Source: the human T2T-CHM13v2.0 reference genome, Homo sapiens. From it: DNA of 64,000 nucleotides. The notes under the pieces are model-generated. The model did not search any database, had not been told where the DNA came from, and saw only the letters and a list, made by a program, of their open reading frames with translations. Positions 1-16,571 of this stretch are shown here, piece by piece. How positions within the stretch are numbered: the stretch's first letter is position 1; each line of letters starts with the position of its first letter. The stretch lies in NCBI RefSeq assembly GCF_009914755.1, contig NC_060927.1; one strand, given 5' to 3'. The translations under genes and the position numbers were made by a program.

Positions 1-2216
1 CATCTTGCTTTTCTGTTGCTTAGTACTCCTCCACTTGTGAACACACTTGAGGTGCAGGTGTGGTTGCAGCTGGAGAGCATCTCAAAGCAGCCCTTTATAT
101 ATTTAGAGAGTATCATGCCCCTTTAGTGTTTTATTGTTTATTATATGAAATAATACCGTTTCCTACTCTGGAGATTTACAGCTACTTTGAGCCCATGGAA
201 TACCCCCAAAGGGTTTTATGTAAAGTGTGTTCAAATGTAGACCCTATCTATATACCAACTACCAAAGGATTAGTTGAGAAACATTTTATGAGTAAGGCTG
301 TCATATTGCATGCTGGGTACTAGAGTTAGCAATTTCCAATATATTATTGATAGAAAAGTAAACATTAATAGGAAATTATCATGAACTGACTTTACTCACC
401 TTGTTTAGTCTGTATTGACCTTGTTGGAAGAAAAGTATTAATAGCTGTCATTTGAGCTCTTACTAGTGGTAAGTCAAATGCTGTGTTAGTGTATTTAATC
501 CTCAAACATCTCTGTTTAGCCATATTATCCCCAGGTTATATATATGAAGAAGATGAGGTTTGGGGATCTTAGAAATAAGAGATTTTATTGATCTGTCACT
601 GCAGGCAGTGTAAATATATTTGATTCTTCTTAATTTTGCTTTATGATCTCACAAGATGAAATAACTATGTCATCTATTTCAATTCTCATTGTTTTAAGAT
701 TTAAATCATTTTGGGGGGAATCTTCTCCAATGTTTTACTTAGGAACGGTTCAATGAAGTCTTTCCCCTGTCCTAGTTTGTTTTATAGATTTGAAATAAGG
801 GCATTTCAGTGGCTCTAAAACATGTGTGTAGCTTTTGTAAAATTCCTAATCTTTTCTCTAAGTTTTTACATTTCTTGATTATGTAAAAATATTATGCTAT
901 AAAATAATTTCAGTAATTTGCAGTAAAGAAAGGTAATCTGTCTCTAGTTTCCTCATATTTATTCACCGATATCTCCTCATTAAAAGTTGAAAAATACTAC
1001 TGCTCTTTGTTTTAAAGTATTTAAACGTCCAACTGTACTTTTTACATAAATAAGATTAGAAAACATGAATTTGATTGTTCCAGAAACTCAGTCATACTGA
1101 GAGAAGACTTTTTTTCCTCAGCAATTTACTATTTTTTGGAGTAAATGCAAAAAGCCTTTATGTGTGCAGGCCTCTGTAATGACACTCTAATGTAGTAGAA
1201 TCTTCTTTGATTTCATTTGCTTAAAGATACTGCTTTAAAAGTTTTAGGGAAATATTTTATCCTAAAAATGTTAATTATCCAAGGTTGAAAAGATCTTACC
1301 TGACAGCTTAAAAACTTGTATCTGGGCAGTAAGATGATAATTTTAGTTTCAGTATTATTTTAATTGAGTGGATGTGTGGCAATTCAAGTGTTTTCGTCTC
1401 TTAAGTTTCAGTAGTGGGCAGCTTTTGTCTCCCTTCTGTTTTCACTCAAAGCATTTTGTCTGTAAAGAATCTCAGCTTAGGACTCAAAACAAGTCTGTGT
1501 TGAGGATTTATTTCTAGAGTTGTGTTAAACAGTTTTCTGTAGCTATAGATAATTACTTATGAAGCTGCATCAAGTACGTACCTTGATTACTACTATCTCG
1601 TGACTAACTGCTTGTTCACAGCCTTCCCCACCCTTCCCACCAGCTCCCCTTCACTAACCTGTGCATCCTTTGCTTGTCTGGTCTCTTTTACTTCTTGTTT
1701 TTCTCCTAGTTTGTGAATAGCTCTTAAAGTCTGACTTGTTGTCATGGTGCGTTGGAAGAGTAGCCAGTTGTCTTTTCTGGGTAGATCAGCTATGAGCTGA
1801 CTGACTAAGAGGAGTAGTTAAAATGGAGAAAGCTTAGCTGTACTTTGTCTTGCATGTTAAACATAATGAGTTTAGAGGATTATGATTATTTGTAATCATC
1901 AGGATCTGCTAGACAGGACATCTGTTTTACTTTTTACTCTTATGTTGGTGGAGAAATAGCGTGCTTTTCATTCAATGTGAAAATTTTGTGTTCTAGCTGG
2001 GCACCGATGGCTTAGTTTTTGAAATGTAATTTCTTGAGAAGTAGCATGTGGTTAGTATAAAATTGTCTTTCCTATTAGGACTAGCTACGTAATTAGTCTG
2101 AAATATTTTTCTAACTGGAAAATTAGTTGCTGTGAACTTTTGGATTTTTATTATTCTAGACTGCATTACACTTGTTTGCTATATTCAAATATTTTTTCTT
2201 TGGTTTTACTTCCTAG

Positions 2217-2336
<120 letters not shown>

Positions 2337-3484
2337 TAGTGGGGAGGAAGGGACTAGATGGTGTAAAGTCAGTCACTTAGACTCTATAAAACAGTGCTGT
2401 CTAATTTACTTTTCTTCAGTGATAGAAATATTCTGTTCTGTGCCATTCAGCATAGTAGCCACAAGTTGAACAGGACTGTTGAGCTTGACATGGGGTTAAA
2501 CTTGACAGAATTAAACATGACTATATGACTTGAAATGTGGCTAGTGTGATGGAGAAACTGACTTTAATTTAATTTAAATTTATTTAAATAACTACAGGTG
2601 GCTTAGTGGCTACCTGATTGGACAGTGCAGCTCTAGAACATAATAGCTTTTCTAGGAACTATATTAGTGCTGTGTAAGGATTGGTTGGATTAGGAAAATA
2701 ATTAACGTAAGTAGTGGTAGGAGTTTATCTTTTTTTGATAAGGGTTTTCTAAGGTAAAGTAAAAACTTAAGTACAAGTTTAGAATTGCAGATAATCTGTA
2801 ATTGCTTATGTAGGCTCTTCCTGGTTTTCAAAAGTAGTATCTATCGAAACATGAAAAAGATAATATTTTTTATTTTTCCTTCAGCAGTCACATATCTTAG
2901 TGATAGCATTAAAAACATGGGTATCCTTTTTTAGGTTTTTGTTGTTGTTGTTATTGTATTTATACTCTGCTTTAAAACCACTTATTTGTAATATGTTTGT
3001 TTTGAAAGGCTCCTTTATTGGACTCTATTATAATAACCTTTTGGTCAGGGCAACTATTTTGGGGGTACAGATAATTTTATTCTTTAATAGTTAGAATACT
3101 AAATCATGAGAGAGAATAACTGAAGGATGTAGGTAGTGTTTATAGAACATAAACTGTTCCAAGAAGAAGTTCATCTGAACTTCACTGCTTTTGAGTAATT
3201 TAGGAAGCACAAAATTTGAGCATGAAATAATTACACAGTCCAAGAGTATAAATTAATACCAACCCCAGGGTTTTGATAGGCCCAGAGAACAAGGAAGACA
3301 TTTATGGCCCATTGAACGTTCTTTGGGAGAAACTAATTTTAGAAAATGGCGAAACAACAATGAAAAGGAAAAAGCTAATTAAAATGTACTGTTATGCTTT
3401 CTGTAAGTCTTGTGGCTGATTGTGTTATTTTTCTCCCTAAATTTTGTTTGTTTGGTAAACTCTGCCTTTTTGTTTACATTTTTT

Positions 3485-3770
3485 TTAAAAAATCAATTTT
3501 GTTGAGATATAATTCACATAAAATACAATGTACTTTTTAAAAGTGTACAATTTGCATTTTGACAAATGTAATCACCACCACCATTAAGATAGAACATTTT
3601 TATCACTCCAGAAAGCTCCCCCATGTCCCTTTGTAATTAATCCCTCCCTCTCTATGTGTCACTTCTGGTCCCAGGCAACCACTGATAGGTTGCTCTCATA
3701 ATAGACTAGTTTTGACTGTTGTAGTTTCTGTAAATGTGATAATACATTATATTATGTGCTTTTTTGTGTT
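3485..3770 (-). mobile_element. Old L1 (L1MB/ME-type) 3' end fragment
   Basis: ttgagatataattcacata...aaagtgtacaatt...ccaggcaaccactgat is typical antisense L1M 3' UTR. Confidence 0.7.
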
Positions 3771-3822
3771 TTTCTTTTCTGTGCTAACATTTTCAATAAC
3801 TTTCATGTATAAACTCTAATAG

Positions 3823-3978
<156 letters not shown>

Positions 3979-5179
3979 TAATACATGGACTTCTGTTATG
4001 TAGTTGCTTACTTTTGTGATACTGTTTATGGAGAAAGGAAATAATTTTTAGATGTTTTTTACCTAAAATTTTTCATTTGTTGGGGCTTACTGTTAGGTTG
4101 GAATTCCTGTATTTTTAGTATGTAAATCTTAAAGACAACATTTTCCATATGGGTATATTACACAAAGATAATACTGTTGACAGTAGTGTCCTTTGCTGAT
4201 ATCAAACCTACACTATTTAAATGATAGGACTGGCAATATTTTTTAAGGTAATCATGGCCAGCTCAGAAAACTAGTAAAAAGTAAGTTAGGTAAGTTAAAC
4301 TCAGGCTGCCTGGGTACAAATTACACCTTCATTTCTTACCAGTTGTGTCATCTTTATTATCCTCTGAGCCTTATCTATAAAATGGTGATGATAACCTTAC
4401 GGGAGATAGTTAGCTCTCAGTAGATGATAGTTATTTATATTTTTTCATCCTAAATTTTAGGAAAGACTTATTCTAGACTGCTTTTATCTTGATAACGATT
4501 GTGTTAATGTAAAAAGTTACAGGTTACTATGATTAGTTTTGAAGTAATTAGGTTGGTTTGCTAAACAAATATTTTTTGCTAAAAACTTCTTTTTAGTAAA
4601 TGTCTGTGCCTTTTAACCTGCGGTCTTTCTAAAACGATCTATGTTTAACTTTTCTAAAGTGCCTTTTCTGCTAATGAGCTTAAATTTGCCAGGCTTAATT
4701 TTGCGAATGAGTTTGTCTAAAGTAGCAACACTGGAATTTTAAAGGTTGGATGAACCTTGTGTGTATATGTCTTATTTTTATGGAATATTATTTATATGTG
4801 TCTTTGTATTTTCATACTTACCACATTCCCACATTACCAAAGACTTCAGAAAGCATTAACATAGTTTACTCTGGATTTATAAATTGTAATGATTTGACTT
4901 ATCCCTAGGCAGTATGATTTAATGTTTTACTTTCTTGATCCTGTTACCAAAGCTAGAGCACCTGCCCCTTGGGATTCCTGTGAGAATTAAATAGTGCCTG
5001 TAATGTAGTTAAGCACAACTAAACAAATAACAGTAAATAGTAATCGTAATCACAAAGCACTGGGTGATTATTCCTCTGCAGCCTGCCATCCATCAAGTGG
5101 TGTGCTTAGTAATGTGGCACAGCTTTTTTAGGGGAAAATAAAAAAGATCATGGGTCTTGCCCTCAAAGTGTGACGTTAA

Positions 5180-5400
5180 TAGCTAACATTTTTAAGAACT
5201 TTTTTTGGTTTACACGGTGCTTTAATGTACATTCTTAGTTAATCCTTATAACAGTTCTTTGGTATAAGGTTCTGTTTTACCAGATGAAGAATCTGGAGCT
5301 TAAAAAGATTAAGGTGACACACAGATGCCAGCAACTGGATTCAAACCTAGGTACTCTGACTCAGTCAGGTTTGTGGTTGGTCAGCCCTGAACCATATTGC
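5180..5400 (-). mobile_element. MIR SINE fragment
   Basis: aatagctaacatt...ttaatccttataaca...cagatgaagaatctggagct...ggattcaaacctagg. Confidence 0.65.
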
Positions 5401-5419
5401 AGTTGCAGTGTTATTTTAT

Positions 5420-5605
5420 TAGGGCAGTTTAACTTATTATTTTTTAAAAATCCTCGTTAGAATCACTTGGGGAGTGCTTAAAAAATGCTAAAGCCTGGGC
5501 CTTATGCCTAAAGATTTTGATTTAATTAACTTGGTGTGAATCTGGGCATTGGTATTGTTAAAAGTTTCTTATAGGATTCCGATGTGAAGAAGGATTGGGA
5601 CTTGT
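5420..5605. mobile_element. MER5-type hAT-Charlie MITE
   Basis: ttagaatcacttggggagtgcttaaaaaatgc...gattttgatttaatt...ctgggcattggtatt. Confidence 0.65.
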
Positions 5606-6394
5606 TCCAGGGAATGGAACCATAAAGGGGCTTTGGAGGTGGTGGCATGTAACCTCAGAGCTATGGTATCTAAGGGCTGGGGCTTTCTGGTGGGATGGAT
5701 TCTTTTTAGCCTAATTACTTTGCAACTTTGACAGTGATGTAACACTTTAGCAGAGGAAGAGATTCTAACATCAGAGTTTCAAGGAATAGAATGTCCAACT
5801 GGAAGAATTTGGGGTTGACTCTGGTGTGAGGTCATTTAAATGCTTTCTGATCAGGTTGATGCTATAGTCCTGTTTCTTTGATATGATTTGCTGTGGTAGA
5901 TAGAAACCAGGAAAGCTAGCCTTGAGGAAAATCTTCAGTTTCTTTTGTGGAGAGGAGGGAATTTTTCTGTGATATGTGAGTCAACCACAGAATTGTAATC
6001 TACACCATTGTACTTGAGAAATGTTTGAATCTCAGTGTTCTATTCAGTATTTCGCCCAAATTTTTAGCTTAAAAATCATCTTCTCCTGCTTTTTCTAGCC
6101 TCAGTAGAAATTCAGAACAGCTGTATTTCTTAAATTAATATACCAAAAATTGCTGTATACTATAAGGAATTGGTTAATTCTTAGTTTTAAGTATTGCTAT
6201 TTAATTTTTTTTTTCTGAAAAGGAACTGTTAAAAAGCTTTTAAATGTAGTTAAGTATAAACGCTTTTTTTGTTAATTGAAGAGATACATAAAATAAACTG
6301 AGTATAGACTTTTGTAATTTTCCAGTCATGCTCTTATGGTTTTTTTTTTTTAAAGCCTTTGCTGAGAGAACTGTCATGTACAAAACTGTGTTGA

Positions 6395-6586
<192 letters not shown>

Positions 6587-6634
6587 TGAGAAGTGCTCTC
6601 AGATTTTTTTCAGTGTCCAAATTCTGCTTTTATT

Positions 6635-6930
6635 TTATTCTTTTTGTTGCGACAGTTTCTTGTTGTATTGCCCAGGCTAGAGTGCAGTGGTATAGTCATG
6701 ACTCACTGCAGCCCCGAACTCCTGGGCTCAAGCTGTTTTCTGCCTCAGCATCCTGAGTAGTTGGGACTACAGGTGTATGCTAACACCCCCAGCAATTTTA
6801 AAATTTTTTTGTAAAGACAGGGTCTTGTTATGTTGCCCAGGCTGGTCTTAAACTCCTGGCTTCAAGTGATTCTCCCACCTTGACCTCCCCAAAGTGTCGA
6901 AATTACAGGTGTGAGCCACTGTGCCTGGCT
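6635..6930 (-). mobile_element. AluJ, antisense
   Basis: Full dimer with J-type ctcctgggctcaagc. 17-bp TSD caaattctgcttttatt at 6618-6634 and 6931-6947. Confidence 0.93.
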
Positions 6931-7334
6931 CAAATTCTGCTTTTATTATAGTTACAGTAATTTTGAGTAATGTTCAAAAGTCCATGATTAGCACACATGA
7001 AAATTCTTTAACTGGTAATTTTCACAAATATGAAATTTTATAATTATCTGATTAAATTTTAAATTTATTTCACTTTGCAGTTGAGAATATATTTTGACTA
7101 GTTGTGAACTAAAGCCTGACATGTGAAATTAAAAATATTCCTTATAGTGCATGCTGTATTTACAGCATACATTTACTATATATGATTTTATTCTTTCCAG
7201 CTAGGTTATTCTAGCTTTCATTGAACTGTTTTCTCATCTTTTTCCTTCTTGCTCCATTTCATTTTTGTATAAAAAATTTGTAGCAAGTAAAAGCACTTAT
7301 GCTTAAGAACACTGTAGATGTTATTGTAGAGATG

Positions 7335-9030
<1,696 letters not shown>

Positions 9031-9224
9031 GTAATGGCAAGCCACTGTAAACTGTTAGCTTCTTTCCCCACAGGCCTTAAGGTAAAGTTGTGATTTCTTT
9101 TCCAGCTGATCTCAGTGTTTAAAATCTGTTATTGTGGGACTGCAGATAGTTAGAAAAATAAAATACAGTTAACAGTTACTTCTCAAGTTAATGTCTGATT
9201 TAAAAGCCTGTTTCTTTTGTTTAG

Positions 9225-9260
9225 GCAATACTTATCGTTGTTACAGTTGCCTTTGTTCAG
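9225..9260 (+). CDS. ATP2C1: ATP2C1 exon D (36 nt): AILIVVTVAFVQ (TM2)
   Basis: Boundaries gtttag|GCA and CAG|gtaagt; short symmetric exon that continues the frame. Confidence 0.96.
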
Positions 9261-12200
9261 GTAAGTACTCTATTTTGCCAACATGAAAATGGTATGTTAA
9301 TTGCTTAAAAATCAAGGTGTCTTGTGGTAGAACCTACCGTTATTGGGGGGTTGTAATGCCCATCAGAACAACTTATTCTTTGTTTTTCAAGTAATTTCAG
9401 ATACAGACAACTCTTCAGGGAAGCTTGTGGTGTGGGACTAAGGAACTGCTTTGATTTAGGTAGTGAGATGAAGAAAATCTAGTTTTTTATTTGATAATGT
9501 TAAGGATAACTGAAGCAGATGGAAACAAAAAGCATAGTAATAGAAATAAAATCCAGCAGTAAACTTTTTTATTTTTTCAATTAAAAAATTGGACCAGAGT
9601 TTATAGTTTCATAACACTGTTATGTTTTAATGCCTACTAGAGCTAAGTCTAGATGAAACAAAAAAGTATAGAATTAAAAGGTCGATCTGTGATGTACCAT
9701 TTGAAGAAAATTCCACAGGTTTCTGTGACTGATTCCCTTAGCCAAATGCTACACTTGTTTGCTGAATTTATCACTTAACCTTATTTTATTTGAGTCTGTT
9801 TTGAGGAATTAAAATGGTTCTACTCATTGTTGGCATGACCTCCTCTCCCCTCCCTTTAAAACAATTTCTCATTCCTCCACAAAAGGGGTGTTGTGATCTG
9901 AATCAAAGTAATTCAAACAGTAAATAAAACATATGTAAAGTAGCCCCTTTTAAAAATTACTATGAATAATGTGGAGATACTGTCAAGATTTCTATTAATA
10001 AGTACAGACAAATAAAAATGTAGGCTTAGTTTTATGTTTATTTAAATATCTGAAACTTCTGTAGATTTTAGAACAGTGTTTCACAATATCAGCAGATTTC
10101 CTTTTTAGCTAGAACATGGTTAACAAGAATAGAATTATTCTAGCTTAGAGAAAAATGTAATATTGTTGCATAAGCCTGAAGTTCGTGCTGTTTTGAATCT
10201 GAAGCCTATACTTTGAATAACTATGGTTGTTCTTACATCTACGATTTATTACGTGGGTATTTCTTGTCACTATCCCAGCCTCTTAAGGTAATCTCTAACC
10301 TAGTTGTTATTAGTTCTGTAGTAACCCAGTGTAGAAAGCCAGTTGGAATCAGATCATTTGCAGTAGGTTTGTGAGCTCCATTAGTAGACTATCAGGGTTC
10401 CGCTTTTAGGGGAATCTTCTTGCTTAGACAAATGTTGCCCATGGTCAGGTGGAGCTGGTTAGTCTAGCATAGGTCATTTCAGGCTAACCATTATTCAAGG
10501 CAGCTATTCATTCAGCCAAGTGAGTGATATGACCCACTGGACCACTAACTGGACCTTCTTGCGTCTTTAAGAATGTGTCAGATATGTGGAGTGCCCTACT
10601 TCAGAAGGATTCCTGCAAATAGTATCACTATGTATGGAAGACCTTAGTACCTTGTTCTCTTTGATCACTAGAAAGCCCATGTTTTCAAAAAACACCACAA
10701 AATTGTGATTTTAACATAAGTCAATATGGAATTTTACACAAGATAGTGTTGTTATACACATTAAATGCTATGGCTGAGACTATTAAATATGTTTATGATA
10801 GGTACATTTGATAGAAATCTCACAAAAGGATGAAAACTTTATAAAAAGCCTAGTTTCAAATTGCTAGGTCTGATTCTTACACACATGTGACCCATCACCA
10901 AATATGCCTGTGAAACCAACAAAATAGTCTATAAACAAGTAAAAATCCTCTCCAAAAAGATCCTATTTACTGTCAGTTGAACTTATCATAATGCTTTAAT
11001 CAAAAAGCTCTTTATCAAAAATGTATAAAAAATTCTTAATACTTTATCATTATTTGTTATTTGTGCTATATTACTTGTGTCTTAAGAGGGCTTTTTATAT
11101 TCCTTTTTATATTTATGTCCTGCCTTTTTTCCGTGTGTCTTTGCAATCCCCATTCCCCACACCACTGTACTTCTTCCCAGCCATAAAAATAGCTAATTGT
11201 TTTATATAGTCGTAATGAAGTCACCTTACAATAAATTTGAAAAATGACTTTTAGGCATTTATTAGGTTTTAGGTGGTATGTTTAATGATCATTTTGATAT
11301 AGAGGTATCTTTATAATTGTAGGGAGTAGAGGCTAAGAAACCAGAAGACATAAGTAAAGATTGGGCAGCATCTATGTCATTTATTACTGGGATCTAGGAT
11401 TGATGGGTATTTTCTAGCATATTACAGAATTTTTGGGTAAACTTCCAAATTCCTTAATATCCTTCATGTGTTTGGGGTGTTGTCTTATGATTTTTACATT
11501 TGTAGATTTTCCTTATATTTGTCACTCTAAGATTAAGTAGAGACTGATTGTGTTCTAAGTTATTCTTACATAGCCTTGTGTTTTCTATTTGAAGTTTGTG
11601 ATGGATAGGACATTTTGACTAGTACTAGCACTGCAGTCATTTCAAAACATTCCCAACCCTTCTACCTCCACTATTTGCCTCTCCCTCTTTTGACCTTAGA
11701 TTAGAAGATTCTTTTGCTTACTACAGACATGAGGCAAAAATAGCAGTGATGTGTGATGCAAGACTGCTCATGGAAATGTGGACTAAGTAGTATTGTGAGT
11801 TGAAGGATGTTTCTGACTGACCCTCAGCTATTTGTTATCTGGATGGAAGAAGGCTAGAAATCACATTGTTAGAACTCCTGAGAATTTTCCTTTTTGGATA
11901 CACAGGTTGATGGGAACTGGGTCTGTCAGTATAGAGCCAGCCACATCTTACTCCTTGTTTATCCCATGTTTGTTCTAATGGTTTACTTTGTAAACCATTG
12001 CTGTTAGCATGGGCTTAAATTCCTAAAGCAGATGTTGTTTACGGTTAATTATCTTTGACTTCTGTGGTCATTAGACACTTAACATAAGATTATCTAAATT
12101 TTAAGGCTCAATGACTTAAAACTTTTAATGACTCAAATTATGTACTCTTTGGACATACTAGTCAGTTTTCATTTTTATTCTAAATAACCTTAGGTTTGTA

Positions 12201-12426
12201 CATTGAATATTAAAATGTAAAACTGGGAATATTTAATTATCAAAATTGATCTCTACATTTAACATTTTAAAATAAGGGACAAGCTTTTCTGGGTAAGAAT
12301 ATAAGCACAAGTAAAGGAAAAGATGAGAATTGGGGGAAATTTTAAAATAATGATTGAGATTAATAAGTCTAAATGGAATATATTCATGGGAGCAAAATTA
12401 AATTCTACTTTTTTTTGTTTGAATAG

Positions 12427-12537
<111 letters not shown>

Positions 12538-12698
12538 TGAATGTGACTAGTACCGTACATATTGTTATCCCCACTTTGTCTGAACATAAGGAAGATACTA
12601 TTTATCTGACACAAAAAGTTCCTGGTCTCATTAATGTAGCAAAACTGTACCATTGAAAACTTTAAAATCCGAGATTCTAGAGACATGGATGTATTTAA

Positions 12699-12701
<3 letters not shown>

Positions 12702-12733
<32 letters not shown>

Positions 12734-13010
12734 TGGAGTCTGGCTCTGTCACCCAGGCTGGAGTGCAGTGGCACAATCTCGGCTCACTGCAAGCTCCATC
12801 TGCCGGGTTCACGCCATTTTCTTGCCTCAGGCCTCCTGAGTAGCTGGGACTACAGGTGCCTGCCACCACGCCCAGATTATCTTTTGTATTTTTTAGTAGA
12901 GACAGGTTTCACCATGTTAGCCAGGATGGTCTCGATCTCCTGACGTCGTGATCTGCCCACCTCGGCCTCCCAAAGTGTTGGGATTACAGGCGTGAGCCAC
13001 CGCGCCCGGC
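12702..13010 (-). mobile_element. AluY, antisense
   Basis: gcaagctcc, gttcacgccatt and gttagccaggatggtctcgatctc. T28 tail; TSD tgtatttaacag at 12690-12701 and 13011-13022. Confidence 0.95.
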
Positions 13011-13019
13011 TGTATTTAA

Positions 13020-13022
<3 letters not shown>

Positions 13023-13056
<34 letters not shown>

Positions 13057-13101
13057 TGTGTGTGTGCGCGCACGCGCGCATGCATGCGCGTGTCCATGCG
13101 C
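13023..13101. repeat. (TG)n microsatellite grading into a CG/CA alternating tract
   Basis: About 21 TG units (one interruption), then cgcgcacgcgcgcatgcatgcgcgtg. Confidence 0.95.
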
Positions 13102-13380
13102 AAGTGTGTGCTAAGCCCTGTTCTGGGTATAGTGATTCACAATCAAACAGACCCAGGTGATTCAAAAGGTTGCTTCAATTTGCACATTTTACATTTGAAC
13201 AAATAATTTGTTTTTCAAGTTATTTTCTGTCATCTTGGCATCTTAAGTGTTTAGAAACAGTCTTTTTCTTGGTTCTTATATTTGCCTTTTCCTCAGACAA
13301 GCCTACTGGAAATAATTTTTTAAGACAAGTTGCATGAATTTTTTTTTTTTAACCATGGTTGTTTCTATTTCGTGTTACAG

Positions 13381-13489
13381 TGTGCGTGAAGGAAAATTGG
13401 AGCATACACTTGCCCGAGACTTGGTTCCAGGTGATACAGTTTGCCTTTCTGTTGGGGATAGAGTTCCTGCTGACTTACGCTTGTTTGAG
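13381..13489 (+). CDS. ATP2C1: ATP2C1 exon F (109 nt): (C)[36 protein letters not shown]
   Basis: Boundaries ttacag|T and GAG|gtaaat; actuator-domain LVPGD and VPAD motifs; overlaps ORF-track 13334..13519. Confidence 0.97.
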
Positions 13490-13679
13490 GTAAATTTGGG
13501 ATCTGATTGTAATAAGTGAAAATACGTGGATGTAGATTAAAGGATAAACATTACTAGTTTTAAGGAATTAACACATAGTTGATTTGAACCATTTGGTATT
13601 CTACTTTAAAATGTGACATATATAAACTTTTTTTTTTCCTTAAAATGTATCTGTCTCTACTGTAACATCTTTTGAGGTG

Positions 13680-14225
13680 TTTGTTTAGTGAATCAGCAGA
13701 TCTTTATAGAAACCTGCATATTAGGGACTGTGGGAGATACAAAGATGATATGACAGAATACTTGTGACTAGGGAACATACTATGTGTACACAAATTACTC
13801 ACCATAAAATAGAACTCAGTAATTGAGTAAGAGAAGTTCAAAGAATAGGATATAGACATTTAAAGAAGGGAGAGGTTCCACCTGATTTGAATGAGATCAG
13901 AATATGCCTCAGACCACATGGCTTTGGCAGTGATAATTGAAGAGTAGTACTGGACAAAGATGGGGAAGACAATGAAGCAACACCATTCAAATCACTATGA
14001 ACATTCCAGTGTATGAAACTCTGTTGGGACATGGTAAGGGTAGAAAACGTGTGATGGAATCAGATTTCAGAGGCCTTGGATACTAGGCTTAACTTCAGAT
14101 TTTTTTGGTTAGGAGTTACCTTTTGAGGCTCCTGTGCAGTTGCTAAATAATGTTATCCTTAATCTGGCTACAGTGTGTAGAATAGATTGAAGAACTGGAA
14201 AATGGAGATAGGCACCTAGTTTAAC
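13680..14225 (-). mobile_element. L2 LINE fragment
   Basis: gggactgtgggagatacaaagatga...aatctggctacagtgtgtagaatagattg is an antisense L2 pattern. Confidence 0.55.
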
Positions 14226-14928
14226 AGGCTTTCAAAACCCATTAGTATGCAGGTCTTATCTACCATTGGAATTAAGCTGTTTGTTAACACCTGCAGAGCA
14301 GTCAGTCTTTAAATACTATGGCCAAAAGTATGAGTGTTCTCATAGATGCTGTAGAAGGCCTGAAAAACCTTTCAGACTGTAATAAGAACAAACTTGGCTT
14401 AATCTTTCAGCAGAGGCCTTTTTTCCAAATATTTGAAATTTATCCTTAGAAAGCTACTGGATTGCTTTAATTGGGTGACTAGGAATAATTGATAATATTG
14501 CAAGTGTTACTAATTTTACTTCATTATCCTTTTTCTCGTCTTTGAGGTCTTTTTAATGTTAATTCTTTTCTACTCTTCTTTCCTTCAGTTCCTAATATTT
14601 TGCCGATGACAATACCTTGAATTATTCTTCCTCAGAGATTAAGTAGTCTTGTCACTTGGCATAAGTTTTCTTCCCCCTCCCCCAGAAAACCCTAATTTAA
14701 ATTCATGGAGTTCATGCCATTCTTTATTCTGGGCTGCTGCTCTTCCAGTTGAGAAGCAGAACTTCTCATTGGGATAGTTAGAAGATGGTGTTTCTCATTT
14801 GCATGGTTCGAGAAATATAATGATAGAAACTTCAAAACACCATTAATGCTTGCTAAACTATTTTAGGGTTTTCATTTAACTAAGGGTTAATTGACTTGAC
14901 AGTTAATTATTTCAAAGTTCACATGTAA

Positions 14929-15307
<379 letters not shown>

Positions 15308-16119
15308 ACATTGTGAATTTAATAAGAATTATAAGCATATGTCTTGTGGAGTAATTTATTAGTTATTATTGTTTTCCCCCTACTTGTTAACTTTGCAAGC
15401 ACTTCATCAGCACGTTTTATTCTGCAGTACTGTAGTTAGGTTGATTTTGTTCTAGTTAATCCACTTTTACGTATATAGTTGAACATTTTTTATTCTCTCT
15501 ACCTTAATTCTGCCTTATTTGTTTTGCCTGTTACTTGCTACCCCAAACAGACTTTTGCAACTACTTTGACTGCAGATTGAAATAACTTTCCTTAAAGAGT
15601 TGGGGATCTTTTATCCATCTAAATTTAAATGTACTGACTTAGGATATAGACTGATAAAGTCAGTTTCTCTTCTGGACACAGAAGCTGCTAGTTTTTTGAA
15701 AGTAAATTGGCTTATTGGAGTTTTGTTGGCTCAGTTTGGCTGTGGTGATCTTTGGATAATTTTGTAAGGCTAGCTGGTCATTTGATACTACTGTATGAAA
15801 TAAACTGTCATTAGGGTTTAAAGGAACCAGAAAACTCCTTAGTCAGCTTTGGGATATCACTAATTTCTTCCAAAGCACATAGATTTCACTTTAGAGAAAG
15901 CAAGTCTGTGAACTTCTGCTATGTAGTTAGTTCTCTTACAGACTAGGCCTAAAGCCACAGTTGCAACTTTAGTGTCATCATTTTGTAACTGTCATAAATT
16001 TTAGTGCTTTCAGAGTTTGACTGTAAACTTGCCTGGGTCCTTAGCAGCTTCTTGTTAGCACATTCAGTGACTTGACTGTTGTACAACTTTTATCTGGTAC
16101 AACTTTTATCTTCATAGGT

Positions 16120-16456
16120 TGTGTCTTAGCTTGGGTTGCTTTAACAAAATACCATGCCATTTATTTTTCACAGTTACGGAGGCTGGAAGTTCAAGGTCAA
16201 GGTCTGGCAGGGTTTGGTTTCTGGTGAGGACTGTTGCTAGCTTGAGATGGCTATCTTCTTGCAGAGTCCTCACATGGCGGAGACAGCAATTTCTCTCTCT
16301 TCCTCTTATACGGCCACTAATGGCATCATTAGGACTAGCCTCATGACCGCATCTAACCCTGATTACTTCCCAGGGCCCCATCTCCAAATACTATAACATT
16401 GACTGTAGAGCTATATAGCATGTGACTTTTTGGGATACATAGTTAAGACTGTAACA
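16120..16456 (-). mobile_element. MaLR solo LTR (MLT1/MST type)
   Basis: tgtcttagc...taacaaaatacca...ggaggctggaagttcaaggtcaagg...gtcctcacatggcggag...ctccaaatac...taaca. Confidence 0.8.
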
Positions 16457-16571
16457 GGTTGAGACTGCCATTTTGTTTATACTTTTTAAAGACTAATATT
16501 AATAACTTAAGGAATTGTGTAGTTTTTCCCTTGCCTGTGTCAGGTTTTCAGAAGCCAGTGGTTGAGCCAAG

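Noticed and set aside
16081-16111. Small tandem duplications and low-complexity runs (gtacaacttttatct x2 here; also ~8040-8075, 40520-40575, 44900-44936, 52608-52638, C12 at 62029-62040)
   Set aside because: Ordinary slippage products with no evidence of function.
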